DNA of 64,000 nt, taken from positions 37,880 through 101,879 of the forward strand of contig CANKAM010000008.1 of the NCBI GenBank assembly GCA_947479755.1. The letters are read 5' to 3'. The translations under genes were made by a program, and so were the position numbers. Each line of letters begins with the position of its first letter. The stretch's first letter is position 1. This document shows, piece by piece, positions 10,155 to 19,159 of the stretch. Below the pieces are notes generated by a model, which did no database searches, was not told where the DNA came from, and saw only the letters and a program-made list of their open reading frames with translations. The DNA is from Bacteroidota bacterium (GTDB lineage Bacteria > Bacteroidota > Bacteroidia > SXHM01).

Positions 10155-11420
10155 TTATTCAGACTGAATTTGTAATGCTTTAGTCAGGGTATTTATAAGA
10201 TTATACCCATCCCAAACATAGTCAAAATCTAAGGCTTTTCCAATAGGAACAATACGGTCAATCCCTCTTCCTTTAGCAATAGGAACAAGACTTCTTAAGT
10301 CGTTTTCATTTAATCCGAAGTAACTGAGTGTTTGAATTTTTGTGTTCAGGAACTCAGCAATTTCATTTAGTGAGCGAATGTTTACAGAGTAAAAGTAGCC
10401 GCCTCCGCAAGTGTGTTTTAAATTGTTTTCTGTTGCTTCAATCGTATAAGTGTATGCCGTCTGATGTAGAATTGATTTTGTGCCTTTTTCTATGGTCTCA
10501 TTAACCAATTCATTAAATTTCATAGTTCCTAGTGACGCTTCATCATAATCGTATTGGATTTTGGCAATTTCATCAACCAGATTAAAAAAAACAGAAACAG
10601 TTTCTTCATATTCATCTTTTGTCCCAATAAAAAATACCTGCTGTGGTGACGAACACCCTTTTTGGTCGAAGGTATATGAATCGTTATAGAATTTTCTCGC
10701 AGTTTCTTTTTGTGTTTCAGATGTGGTACTTAAGTAGTCCAAACACTTTATGACTGAAAATGAAATGCGGTCGGCAAAAATGATGTCGCGACAACGCGGG
10801 TTAGTCGTTATTGATTTAAAGAGAGAGGCTGTGTTATCGCCTCCCCAGATAATTCTGCCGTCAACGCTTTTTGACAAATAGGTGCTGATTTCTGTGCTAT
10901 GAGGATAGCTTACTATGTTGATGTAATTACTGAAAATGCTGAACGCATCCTGTTTGCAAAGTGAATTAATGGTTTCAAAAAGAAAATCAAGAAATGCAGG
11001 TTGCGTTTTGGATGAAACGCGAAGTATGTTTTTATTTCCTGCAAGCAATGAAATCATCAATGAATAAACAAAAATGGTATCTACGTTAGATGGGCAGATG
11101 TGCAGCACTTTTCCAAGCGGAAGGGTTTTTGTGTTGTGCGCTGAAAACAGTCCTTGATTTTCTTTTGTGATTTTTTCAATATTGCTTTTGCGTAACCAGA
11201 AAGCCAGTGCAGTAAGAGCCGGGATGCGATTAAAATCCTTGTTTTGCAGGATATTTTTTGAAAGGGCATCGGAAAAAGTTATCGTTTGTTTGTCAAATAC
11301 CTCTAACGGAAATTCCTTTCCATTAAGAGCAGGCAGCAGGCTTATCTCCGTCTCTTTTTTTTCAGGTGTTATCAGTTTTACCCTCAGTTCTTCCATGCTG
11401 TTATTGTTTTGACTGTGCAA
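10155..11420 (-). CDS. LuxC-like acyl-CoA/acyl-protein reductase
   Basis: LAFWLRKSN ... VLHICPSNVDTIFVYSLMISLLAGNKNILRVSSK matches the LuxC-family core as I remember it. The length is 421 aa. An alternative start (MEELRV) lies at 11396. Confidence 0.7.
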   Translation of the reverse strand: MHSQNNNSMEELRVKLITPEKKETEISLLPALNGKEFPLEVFDKQTITFSDALSKNILQNKDFNRIPALTALAFWLRKSNIEKITKENQGLFSAHNTKTLPLGKVLHICPSNVDTIFVYSLMISLLAGNKNILRVSSKTQPAFLDFLFETINSLCKQDAFSIFSNYINIVSYPHSTEISTYLSKSVDGRIIWGGDNTASLFKSITTNPRCRDIIFADRISFSVIKCLDYLSTTSETQKETARKFYNDSYTFDQKGCSSPQQVFFIGTKDEYEETVSVFFNLVDEIAKIQYDYDEASLGTMKFNELVNETIEKGTKSILHQTAYTYTIEATENNLKHTCGGGYFYSVNIRSLNEIAEFLNTKIQTLSYFGLNENDLRSLVPIAKGRGIDRIVPIGKALDFDYVWDGYNLINTLTKALQIQSE

Positions 11421-12483
11421 ACGTATCGCTGCAACCGCGCAGTTCTGCTTTTTTAGCTCTGCCTATTATTTTAAAATACTTTCCTTTCCAGCCTGATTTC
11501 GAGTCGTCTTCACCCATACAAATGCCAATATCCTCAGTAAGCAATGAATGTCCGGGATAGCTTTTAGGCAAAACACTTACAACCTGTATCAATCCTTCTT
11601 TACCATGTGGTTGAACCGAAAAATCATAAGGATTACGAATAATTATATCTGAGAAGTTGGGACAGTGCAGATAACCTTCTGAGTTTTCCAGAAAAACGCT
11701 GCCAACCTGCTCAATCATTCCATAAAAATTGTAAATCTGTTTTAATCCGAAACGCTCCAGTAATTTTTGTCTGAATGTTTGATTATCAACTGCCATTTCC
11801 TGTAGTTTTTTCCAACCGCCACTATGGATGAGAATAGCATTGCTTAAGTCAATGTTTTTCTTCCCTGCCTTTTCATACAAATATTGCCATACCATAAACG
11901 TGAAGCCGAAAATCAACATTTTTTTACCATTGAATTTTTCAAGAAATCCCAGCAGTAATTCTTCATTCAGTTCATAGTTGTCATCTAAAATGTATTGGTG
12001 GTTTTTACCAAATATTGAAATGCCAAGGATGCCAGCTCCGCGGGCAGAAAATGTTGCGCGATCCTTCAATACGGACTGAGAATCCACAATAAGCATGGGT
12101 AAGCGTTCATTGCCCAATACTGTTGTTAAAATTTTTGATAGGGTGAGTGTTTGTAATTGTGCTGTTTCTTTGTCCAAAACCACTTTACTGGGAACAGTTC
12201 CTGTTGTGCCACTTGATGTTAAAATTTTAAAAACATCGTTCTCTGCTACACTTGACAGGTAGTGGTTTTTAAATATGCTTACCGGCAGAAAAGGTAAATC
12301 TTCAATTCGATCGATAAAACTCTTTTCATCTTTATTAAAAATCTGCCGACTGACTTTTGTGTATTCTTTATTGTTTTTAAAATGATGAACATGAAGACTG
12401 TTCAGAAAGTGGGAAAGATGCTTTCTTTTTTCAGGTTCCTTTATTGAAAACTGAGGAATGTTAATGTATTCCGGTAATTCCAC
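11401..12483 (-). CDS. LuxE-like acyl-protein synthetase
   Basis: DLPFLPVSIFKNHYL ... ILTSSGTTGTVPSKVVLD fits the LuxE-family signature, and the 360-aa length is right. Confidence 0.7.
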   Translation of the reverse strand: MELPEYINIPQFSIKEPEKRKHLSHFLNSLHVHHFKNNKEYTKVSRQIFNKDEKSFIDRIEDLPFLPVSIFKNHYLSSVAENDVFKILTSSGTTGTVPSKVVLDKETAQLQTLTLSKILTTVLGNERLPMLIVDSQSVLKDRATFSARGAGILGISIFGKNHQYILDDNYELNEELLLGFLEKFNGKKMLIFGFTFMVWQYLYEKAGKKNIDLSNAILIHSGGWKKLQEMAVDNQTFRQKLLERFGLKQIYNFYGMIEQVGSVFLENSEGYLHCPNFSDIIIRNPYDFSVQPHGKEGLIQVVSVLPKSYPGHSLLTEDIGICMGEDDSKSGWKGKYFKIIGRAKKAELRGCSDTFAQSKQ

Positions 12484-12492
12484 TTCAGCTGG

Positions 12493-13863
12493 CTATGAAA
12501 ATAATTCGGCTAATTTAGCATAATCGGGTTTGCCGTTTGCTGTAAGCGGTAATTCGCTGATGAATGCCATTTTTATTACGGTTGGATGAATTTTAAAAGT
12601 GTCGGAGATAAACTGCCTGATTTCATTTTCGGTTTCACCACTTCCTGTTATGCCAATTAACAGAAACTGGTCATTTAAACCGGCACATGCGAACTGATTT
12701 TTTTGAAAATTATTTTTCATTAATTGTTCTATTTCGTCAAGGTTTAAGCGGTTCCCGAAAATCTTAGCAATCCGTTTCAGTCGCCCTTTTATGTAGTAAA
12801 ATCCATCAGAATCCATTTCTGCAATATCACCAGTATGCAGTTTTTTATTTGTTTCAAATGTGGCAAGGTCTTCGGGCTTTTCGGCATAGCCACCAAATAC
12901 ATTGGGTCCTTCATATACCAACTCTCCTGTTTCTGAAATTACGTTAAACTGTCCATTTTTAATGGGCTTTCCTATTGAACCTTTCTTAGAATTAAGCAGA
13001 GTAGGGGCGAGGTATGACATCCGCGCAGTAGCTTCTGTTTGTCCGTACATGACATATAAGTCAATGGCATTTTGTGTACTGTATTCGTTGAAAATGTCAA
13101 GCATTTTTTCATTCATTTTTCCGCCAGCTTGTGTTAAATATTTCAGAGTTGGATATTGTTTTTTAGTAAACCCCAGACGGTTCAGCATCTCATAAAAATA
13201 AGGAACACCTGATAAGGATGTGTAGCCGAATTTTTCCATTTCCTGCCAGAATTCTTTTTGTAAAATATCTTTGTTGCTGCAAATGATTTTTCCTCCTGCA
13301 AATGAGTTGGATGTAAGCACAGATAGCCCGTATGAATAATAAACGGGGAGGTTTAAGGGCGTAGAATCAGTTGTCTTAATTGGCAGATAATCAATAATAG
13401 AAAGAGCATTCTCAATCAAGTTGTTTTCTGAAAGCTTTACAAATTTTGGTGAACCGGTTGTTCCTGATGTACTCAACATCAATTTTAATTCAGGATGAAA
13501 CTGTGGAGTTGGAGTTGACTTGTAAAATAGATTAGTGTCGTACTTTGAATAGCCTTCGATTGCGCTACTTTCCGGATCATAAATAAATGAGGGTGAGTAA
13601 ATCTGTTCAAGATTACTTTTCAGCTTCTCATTAAGTTTAGTATTCAGCAGAACGGCAACATGTGATGAATTTAAGAAATTCAGCAGCGTTGAAACAGCGT
13701 TAAAACTATTGTCTAGGTATAGAAAAGCAAGTGTGCGAGGAACCTGAAGTTTTTCTGAAATCTTGCTGTTAAGTATTTCAGAAAGTGTGAATGCATTATC
13801 TGTTTCTGCATCAATGAATTTAAGTGCAGTGTTTTTTGAAATTAGATCAATGAGCCTTCCCAT
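12493..13863 (-). CDS. AMP-dependent synthetase/ligase (adenylate-forming, acyl or aminoacyl-carrier loading)
   Basis: Adenylation core motifs are present: LSTSGTTGSPKFV, YGQTEAT, TGDIAEMDSDGFYYIKGRLKR. Confidence 0.85.
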   Translation of the reverse strand: MGRLIDLISKNTALKFIDAETDNAFTLSEILNSKISEKLQVPRTLAFLYLDNSFNAVSTLLNFLNSSHVAVLLNTKLNEKLKSNLEQIYSPSFIYDPESSAIEGYSKYDTNLFYKSTPTPQFHPELKLMLSTSGTTGSPKFVKLSENNLIENALSIIDYLPIKTTDSTPLNLPVYYSYGLSVLTSNSFAGGKIICSNKDILQKEFWQEMEKFGYTSLSGVPYFYEMLNRLGFTKKQYPTLKYLTQAGGKMNEKMLDIFNEYSTQNAIDLYVMYGQTEATARMSYLAPTLLNSKKGSIGKPIKNGQFNVISETGELVYEGPNVFGGYAEKPEDLATFETNKKLHTGDIAEMDSDGFYYIKGRLKRIAKIFGNRLNLDEIEQLMKNNFQKNQFACAGLNDQFLLIGITGSGETENEIRQFISDTFKIHPTVIKMAFISELPLTANGKPDYAKLAELFS

Positions 13864-13869
13864 TAAAAA

Positions 13870-14607
13870 TCAGATTACCATGCTCCCGTCAACACCAATT
13901 ACCTGCCCGGTAACATATTCCGATAAATCTGATGCGAGAAATAAAATAACCTTAGCTACATCTTCGGGTTTGCCGAAACGCTTCATGCCTATGGAGTTCA
14001 GATTTTTTTCGCGAAATTTTTCATCTATTCCGGCTGTTAGTTCTGTTTCAATAAAACCGGGGGCCACTGCATTTACCCGGATATTAAGTGGTGCCAGTTC
14101 TTTAGCCAGTGATTTAGTAATTCCTACCACTGCCGCTTTGCTTGAACCGTAAACTGTATTACCCGGATGCCCGTTAATTCCAATAATTGAAGTGATATTA
14201 ATGATGGAACCTTTTCTTTTTCTCAGCATGTTCTTCACTGCAAGCCTGCTTGCGTGAATTACCGGAAAAACATTGGTTTCGTAAGTGTTTTTAATGAGTT
14301 CATCTGATATGGTAAGTAGGGTTGCATCCTGCATAATACCTGCATTGTTTACCAGGCAATCAATTGTAATTTTTTCAGCATTCAGTTGCTTGAAAACGTT
14401 TTCTATTTGTTCCGGCTTAGTTATGTCGCATGGAAATACAAGAACTTTAGCAGGGTATTTAGAAATTATTTCCTGCTTTAAGTCATTCAATAAATCACTG
14501 TTTCTTGAAAGTAATACTAAACTGGCACCCTGCTCAGCGCATAGCAGGGCTGTGGCTTTTCCTATGCCTTTGGAGGCTCCGGTGATAAGCATGGTTTTTC
14601 CCTTCAT
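13870..14607 (-). CDS. Short-chain dehydrogenase/reductase, FabG-like (3-oxoacyl-carrier reductase type)
   Basis: It has the TGASKGIG cofactor motif, NNAG, the YGSSKAAV catalytic motif, and a length of 245 aa. Confidence 0.85.
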   Translation of the reverse strand: MKGKTMLITGASKGIGKATALLCAEQGASLVLLSRNSDLLNDLKQEIISKYPAKVLVFPCDITKPEQIENVFKQLNAEKITIDCLVNNAGIMQDATLLTISDELIKNTYETNVFPVIHASRLAVKNMLRKRKGSIINITSIIGINGHPGNTVYGSSKAAVVGITKSLAKELAPLNIRVNAVAPGFIETELTAGIDEKFREKNLNSIGMKRFGKPEDVAKVILFLASDLSEYVTGQVIGVDGSMVI

Positions 14608-14609
14608 TT

Positions 14610-15488
14610 TTATTGTTCTTGATTTTTATACCCAAATATATTTAACTGCAAGTCCATTCCTTCTTGCAATTTTTTTTCTATAAAGGGTCTCCTTGAACCA
14701 AATTGTGTTTGAATTTGGTACCTGAAATGGTTGTCTTTTAATATTGATAGTATTAAGTCGAGATCTTGTTCTTTATCAGAAAATGAATGGTATTCAATAA
14801 AGATATTGTTTACATTTTTCAGATAATCTTTGCACTCTATTAATACTTTTGTTTCTGCGCCTTCTATATCAAGTTTAAGAAAATCGACATGCTTATCTTT
14901 GATAAACTCACTAAGCAGGCGTGTATCTATTTTTACCAGCTTATCAGTTTTATCTTCTTTTTTATAAGCAATTCTTCCGGCATCGGCTTTTTCCGAATAA
15001 AAATCCAGTTTAGTGACTTTATCCCACAAGGCACAATTATATAGTTCTACCGAACTTAATTCATAATTATTAATATTGGTTTTTAGAATCTCAAAAATAT
15101 ATGGATCTGCTTCAATGCCTATTATCTTTGATTTTGGAAATAATGTTCTAAAATAAAGTATGCTAAGGCCGCAATTTGAACCACAATCAATTATAAGCGG
15201 TGAGTGATTTGTTGAATTAAATTTGTAAATCTCACCGACAAAAATCTCTTGGTAACTATAATAAAACGATAGCGAATCTGCTATTTTAAATTCTTTGCCG
15301 GAAAGGTTTATGTTAAGTGGTTTATACCTTTCCGTATTTATTAGTTCATAATATGGAGATTGCTCAACAGGTATAAGGTTATAGCCAAAATTATTAATGA
15401 ATTTTTTTATTGTATTTTTCACCTGTATATTAATCCAGTAATTGTTTATATAGTTTAGAATAGGAGAGAGCTTGTTTTTTTTGATCAA
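14610..15488 (-). CDS. FkbM-family methyltransferase
   Basis: IIDCGSNCGLSILYF, IGIEADP and FLKLDIEGAE are FkbM hallmarks. The ATG at 15488 overlaps the upstream gene by 59 nt, while a GTG at 15422 would give no overlap. Confidence 0.75.
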   Translation of the reverse strand: MIKKNKLSPILNYINNYWINIQVKNTIKKFINNFGYNLIPVEQSPYYELINTERYKPLNINLSGKEFKIADSLSFYYSYQEIFVGEIYKFNSTNHSPLIIDCGSNCGLSILYFRTLFPKSKIIGIEADPYIFEILKTNINNYELSSVELYNCALWDKVTKLDFYSEKADAGRIAYKKEDKTDKLVKIDTRLLSEFIKDKHVDFLKLDIEGAETKVLIECKDYLKNVNNIFIEYHSFSDKEQDLDLILSILKDNHFRYQIQTQFGSRRPFIEKKLQEGMDLQLNIFGYKNQEQ

Positions 15489-16668
15489 ATTCTTTAGCTG
15501 CGAATTCTCTTATTAAGTCACGCGAAAAATTAAATCCCCCGTTCAAAAATTCAGAAATTGCTATTGATAGAGCTTCAACAGAAATTTTATTGGCTAAAAT
15601 ACCATTTTCACCTGTTTTAATGCAATCAATAATTCCTCCAACCGGGAATGCAATTACAGGAGTACCACAGGACAGTGCTTCAAGCATGGTATTGGGTAAG
15701 TTATCCTGAAGCGAAGGCAGGATAAAAGCATCTGCTGCATTATAGGCAAGGTTCATTGTTGTTTCATCGTTGATGTGGCCAGTATATTGAATTTTTAGAT
15801 TTGAATCAGATTCGTTCTCTTTTCCTATCGCTAACAAGTGAACATCATCTCTGTTGATTATAGAAATGGCTTCTTTAAGTATTTTAAAACCCTTACGTTC
15901 TTCAAATAGTTTATCACTGATAAATAAAAGAACTTTTTTATCATCAGAGATGCTAAATGCCTGGCGTGCTTCTGATTTATTTATAGGGAAGTAAACATTT
16001 GTGTCTAATCCATAAGGAATGTGGTAATGCTTTTGCTTTCCGAATAATGTGCTCTGTAATGATAAATTATGCAGCCATTTTGAAGGAGCCACAACAGCTA
16101 TTTTTTTTTGGCTTAATGCTGTTTGTTTTAACAAAAAATTTTTTTCGGTAGCTATGACCAAAGATTCCTTATTTTTCCATAAATAACAATTGTGGCAGTT
16201 ACTTGAGTATTTATCACAGTTTTCGGAGTAGTGACAACCTCCAGTAAATGGGTTTTGGTCATGAAGCGTCCAAACTAAAGGTTTCGTATTGTTTTTGAAA
16301 AAACTTTTGAAGTCAATAAAATCTGAAACCCAATGAAGATTAATTATGTCTGCTTCATGATAAATCTGTGTTTTAGTAATATCATAATCGCTATCCGCAA
16401 AGGAGAACATTGTTTTCTCTTTGGATAAAGTTGAGGTGTTTAGTGTGTTTTTTTCTGATGTTGTCTGGTATAAATTTAATTTTCTTAGAATTTTATAAAC
16501 AAGATTGATGTCCTTTTTTGGGAATTCATAACTCTTATTAATGACTTTATTTTTGTGAAGGTATAAAATAGATGAATCGAACTCCTCATTCAGCAAACCA
16601 ATATGAAGCCTGTTAGCTGCTATTGCTGCTCCACCTGAACTTGATGTTGAGACATGAAGAATTTTCAC
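15430..16668 (-). CDS. Glycosyltransferase family 4 (GT-B fold)
   Basis: It has the MKILHVSTSSSGGAAIAANRLH N-terminus and a C-terminal EX7E-like region (LPNTMLEALSCGTPVIAFPVGG). Confidence 0.8.
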   Translation of the reverse strand: MKILHVSTSSSGGAAIAANRLHIGLLNEEFDSSILYLHKNKVINKSYEFPKKDINLVYKILRKLNLYQTTSEKNTLNTSTLSKEKTMFSFADSDYDITKTQIYHEADIINLHWVSDFIDFKSFFKNNTKPLVWTLHDQNPFTGGCHYSENCDKYSSNCHNCYLWKNKESLVIATEKNFLLKQTALSQKKIAVVAPSKWLHNLSLQSTLFGKQKHYHIPYGLDTNVYFPINKSEARQAFSISDDKKVLLFISDKLFEERKGFKILKEAISIINRDDVHLLAIGKENESDSNLKIQYTGHINDETTMNLAYNAADAFILPSLQDNLPNTMLEALSCGTPVIAFPVGGIIDCIKTGENGILANKISVEALSIAISEFLNGGFNFSRDLIREFAAKEFDQKKQALSYSKLYKQLLD

Positions 16669-16801
16669 TTATTTCATTTTTTTTAGAACCAGTGCAAGGC
16701 GGTAATAATCATAATTCGCATCTTAATCTATTAACAATTTCTTCCAAACAGAAATCTTGTTTTAAATTATTATAAATGAGAGAAGTTGTTTTGAATTTTT
16801 A

Positions 16802-17716
16802 TCACTGTTTTCGGAATAAACATAATAATTTACCTACTAAGGACTTCGTTGCTGTAGGTTTATTTTTTTTTCGTAAGAATCTATTAAAATAATTTTCGTC
16901 AGCTGCTGTGTTTAGATAAATTTCAGTTGGATGAAGTAGTTTACTTCCTATACTCGTAGTTTTTATTTCAGCAAGTGGTGATATTTCCTTAGTGTGGGTT
17001 GCATCTTCGCTAAAGCCAATATTTGTAACAAGATTTTCATTTGGTAGAATTGTTATTCCGTTGTTTTGCCATATTGAATAAAGCCATTGGTAATCCCAGG
17101 TATCTATTTGCTGTTTTTTTACTTTAGTAAAAATATTTACCCAGTAATCATATTCATCATTTGAAAGATAGAAATTAAATTCTTTAGATTTCAAGGAATT
17201 CTCCAAATAATTTAAATCAATGTCATACTTCTTCCAAGCTCTGCCCCAAGTTGCCCAGCCCCAAATATGGGCATGTTTTGAAAAGTAATACGTGTCGGAA
17301 GTTTTATTTTCGCCATTTTGAAAATTATTTCCACTAATGTGCATTATGTTTTCATTACTCCGGTATATATCCAATAATATTTCGCAAAAAGTAAAAAAAC
17401 TCTGATCAGGCAAACAATCATCTTCCAATATTATCCCCTCTTCCACATTATCAAAAAACCAGTTAATTGCTGAGCTAACAGCATCGCGGCAGCCAATATT
17501 TTTATCCCTGAACAGAGTTTTTACTTCGCATTTCCAGTCAATTTTGTTTAAAATGCTACGTACCTCTTCGCATTTTTTTGCTTCTCCTTCTTTATCTGGT
17601 CTTGGGCCGTCTGCTGCAATATATAGTTGATTGGGTTGGGCCTTACGTATTTCTTCAAAAACACGGAAGGTAAGTTCGGGGCGGTTAAAAATGAGGAATA
17701 ATACGGGCGTCTTCAA
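16802..17716 (-). CDS. GT2-like nucleotide-diphospho-sugar transferase (HlpA-like family)
   Basis: VLFLIFNRPELTFRVFEEIRKAQPNQLYIAADGPR ... ILEDDCLP matches this widespread family. It must start at TTG, because a stop lies four codons upstream. Confidence 0.6.
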   Translation of the reverse strand: MKTPVLFLIFNRPELTFRVFEEIRKAQPNQLYIAADGPRPDKEGEAKKCEEVRSILNKIDWKCEVKTLFRDKNIGCRDAVSSAINWFFDNVEEGIILEDDCLPDQSFFTFCEILLDIYRSNENIMHISGNNFQNGENKTSDTYYFSKHAHIWGWATWGRAWKKYDIDLNYLENSLKSKEFNFYLSNDEYDYWVNIFTKVKKQQIDTWDYQWLYSIWQNNGITILPNENLVTNIGFSEDATHTKEISPLAEIKTTSIGSKLLHPTEIYLNTAADENYFNRFLRKKNKPTATKSLVGKLLCLFRKQ

Positions 17717-17773
17717 AATATCTTTTTACTGTTAAAACGTGTAAAGATAATTTATCATACATTCTTGTAAAAA

Positions 17774-17812
17774 TAAAAAAGCAGTCCCGCAATTCTGCGG
17801 GACTGCTTTTTC
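17774..17812. terminator. Bidirectional intrinsic terminator
   Basis: The stem is GCAGTCCCGC-aattct-GCGGGACTGC, flanked by an A-run on the left and a T-run on the right. It sits 18 nt past the stop of the minus-strand FN3 gene. Confidence 0.8.
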
Positions 17813-17829
17813 TTTCTGCACACTCAAAT

Positions 17830-18507
17830 CTATTTTGCTCTAACCTGAGCTATGTCACTCATAGCTCCGTGTCCGGTGGCGCCAAGCGCCCTTACACGAA
17901 ACTGATAAATGTGACCACTGATGAGGTTTGTAGCCTTGTACCTCGATGCGGTTACGGATTGAAGATGTTTCCATTCTCCGTTTCCCGCACCGGGGGTAGG
18001 TGTGCCGGGCATACCCGGAAGCATGCTCGCATTTCCACCATCACCGGTGAAGCCCAGATCTTTATATTCAAGCTCGAAAGCTTTGGCTGCTGTAACAGGA
18101 TCCCAACTCAAGTCGATTTCGCCTTCGGTAAGCGTACTTTCTGCCACAAGGTTTTGCACCTGTGTCATCTGGACTTTTGGTCCGCGTTGCTTCCTCAGTT
18201 CAAAACCCGAACTGATGATCTTATCAGCATCCCCATTGCTTGCGCTCTGAATATAGGCAGCAAGTTGCTTGATCAGCAATCTCAACTCTTTATCCCTCAG
18301 ATTCCTTGCGATTATCAGATTGCGGTCAAAGGCAGCGGCAGCGGTTATGGCGTTGCTCAGTGCGGTAATGGCCGCAAGAAAGGTCACAAGGTCAGGAATG
18401 GGAGTGAGAAAATTTGCATTTCCGGTCAGTTTACCGTGTAGGAGGGTGGCTTTTGCCGCCAACTGAACAGGATTTAGTCCGGAAGTTCCAACTTTAACAT
18501 TTGCCAT
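17830..18507 (-). CDS. Helical N-domain + fibronectin type III-like C-domain protein, no signal peptide (paralog 1)
   Basis: The C-terminus (IDLSWDPV...YKATNLISGHIYQFRVRALG) is FN3-like. The N-half aligns with the product of 51999-52715 (GNxxF..P.P, LAxYV...A.G....I..SGF). The gene is visibly more GC-rich than its neighbours. Confidence 0.7.
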   Translation of the reverse strand: MANVKVGTSGLNPVQLAAKATLLHGKLTGNANFLTPIPDLVTFLAAITALSNAITAAAAFDRNLIIARNLRDKELRLLIKQLAAYIQSASNGDADKIISSGFELRKQRGPKVQMTQVQNLVAESTLTEGEIDLSWDPVTAAKAFELEYKDLGFTGDGGNASMLPGMPGTPTPGAGNGEWKHLQSVTASRYKATNLISGHIYQFRVRALGATGHGAMSDIAQVRAK

Positions 18508-18600
18508 TTTACTGGATGTTCGTTGCCGGGATGCGCCCGGTGACGCCTTTCCCGCTTTGTGCGGGGTTCACTTGTAAGATGCAGCACCTGGTTAAAAGGA
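18508..18600 (-). promoter_or_regulatory. GC-rich structured 5' leader candidate
   Basis: In minus-strand sense, CCCGC-ACAAA-GCGGG and CCGGG-CGCAU-CCCGG hairpins lie immediately upstream of the ATG, set within an otherwise AT-rich 650-bp spacer. Confidence 0.35.
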
Positions 18601-18710
18601 ACAAAATGAATTGTTAAAATTTGTTAAAAAGTGTTTTCTTTTTCTTTTATACGTTAGCTTAAATCAATGAAAACCCAATGGTGTAAAGGGTTTTGGTTAT
18701 TCCTATTTTT

Positions 18711-18960
18711 ATAATTTAGTTTTGCTTGTATTGATATAAAAAGCAATTCTTCAATTGTGTTTTTGCTTTTGTAAATAAAGAAAAGCCTTGCTTTAATAGT
18801 GAATTTGCTTTTTTTTAATTATAAAAAATGCGTTTACAAGTATGTTTTTGCTTTCTATAATTAACGAAGGTGTTTACTTAATAATGAATTTGCTTTTTAA
18901 AATTAAGAAAAGAGCTTACTTAATTATGTAACTGTTAATTTCTATTTAATAAAGCTGTTC
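18711..18960. repeat. Degenerate tandem array with ~42-bp period (about 6 units)
   Basis: Exact TTTGCTT heptamers start at 18721, 18762, 18804, 18847 and 18889 (spacings 41/42/43/42). A second motif, CTTnAATnnTG, occurs at 18749, 18791, ~18834, 18877 and 18919. Confidence 0.7.
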
Positions 18961-19131
18961 TTAAACAAAATAGTTACTTAGTTTGGTTATTTAAGCAGGT
19001 TAAATTAAAATGATGTGATGCACTCTGATTATATAAGCGTTTTAATCTCGCACTTATTTATTATATTACAAATATAATTTATTTGCAATTTCATAAATTT
19101 TCTACATTAACAATGGATTGTAATATTCTTA

Positions 19132-19139
19132 TATTTTTG
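19132..19139 (+). promoter_or_regulatory. Candidate -7 box (TAnnTTTG) for the GT2/GT-C operon
   Basis: TATTTTTG ends 20 nt before the ATG at 19160. Confidence 0.4.
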
Positions 19140-19159
19140 CGGATTGTTAGCATTTAATT

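Noticed and set aside
17869-18466. Plus-strand ORFs of 190, 82 and 65 aa antisense to the FN3 paralog-1 gene
   Set aside because: They are a by-product of the stop-poor GC-rich composition of the minus-strand gene. Their products are Arg/Cys/Gly-rich low-complexity sequences with no motifs.
18508-18720. A sigma-54 (-24 GG / -12 GC) promoter upstream of the FN3 genes, as might be expected for an enhancer-like array
   Set aside because: I found no TGGCAC-N5-TTGC-like match with correct spacing upstream of either paralog. The closest (CCAGGTGCTGCAT) has the wrong spacing.
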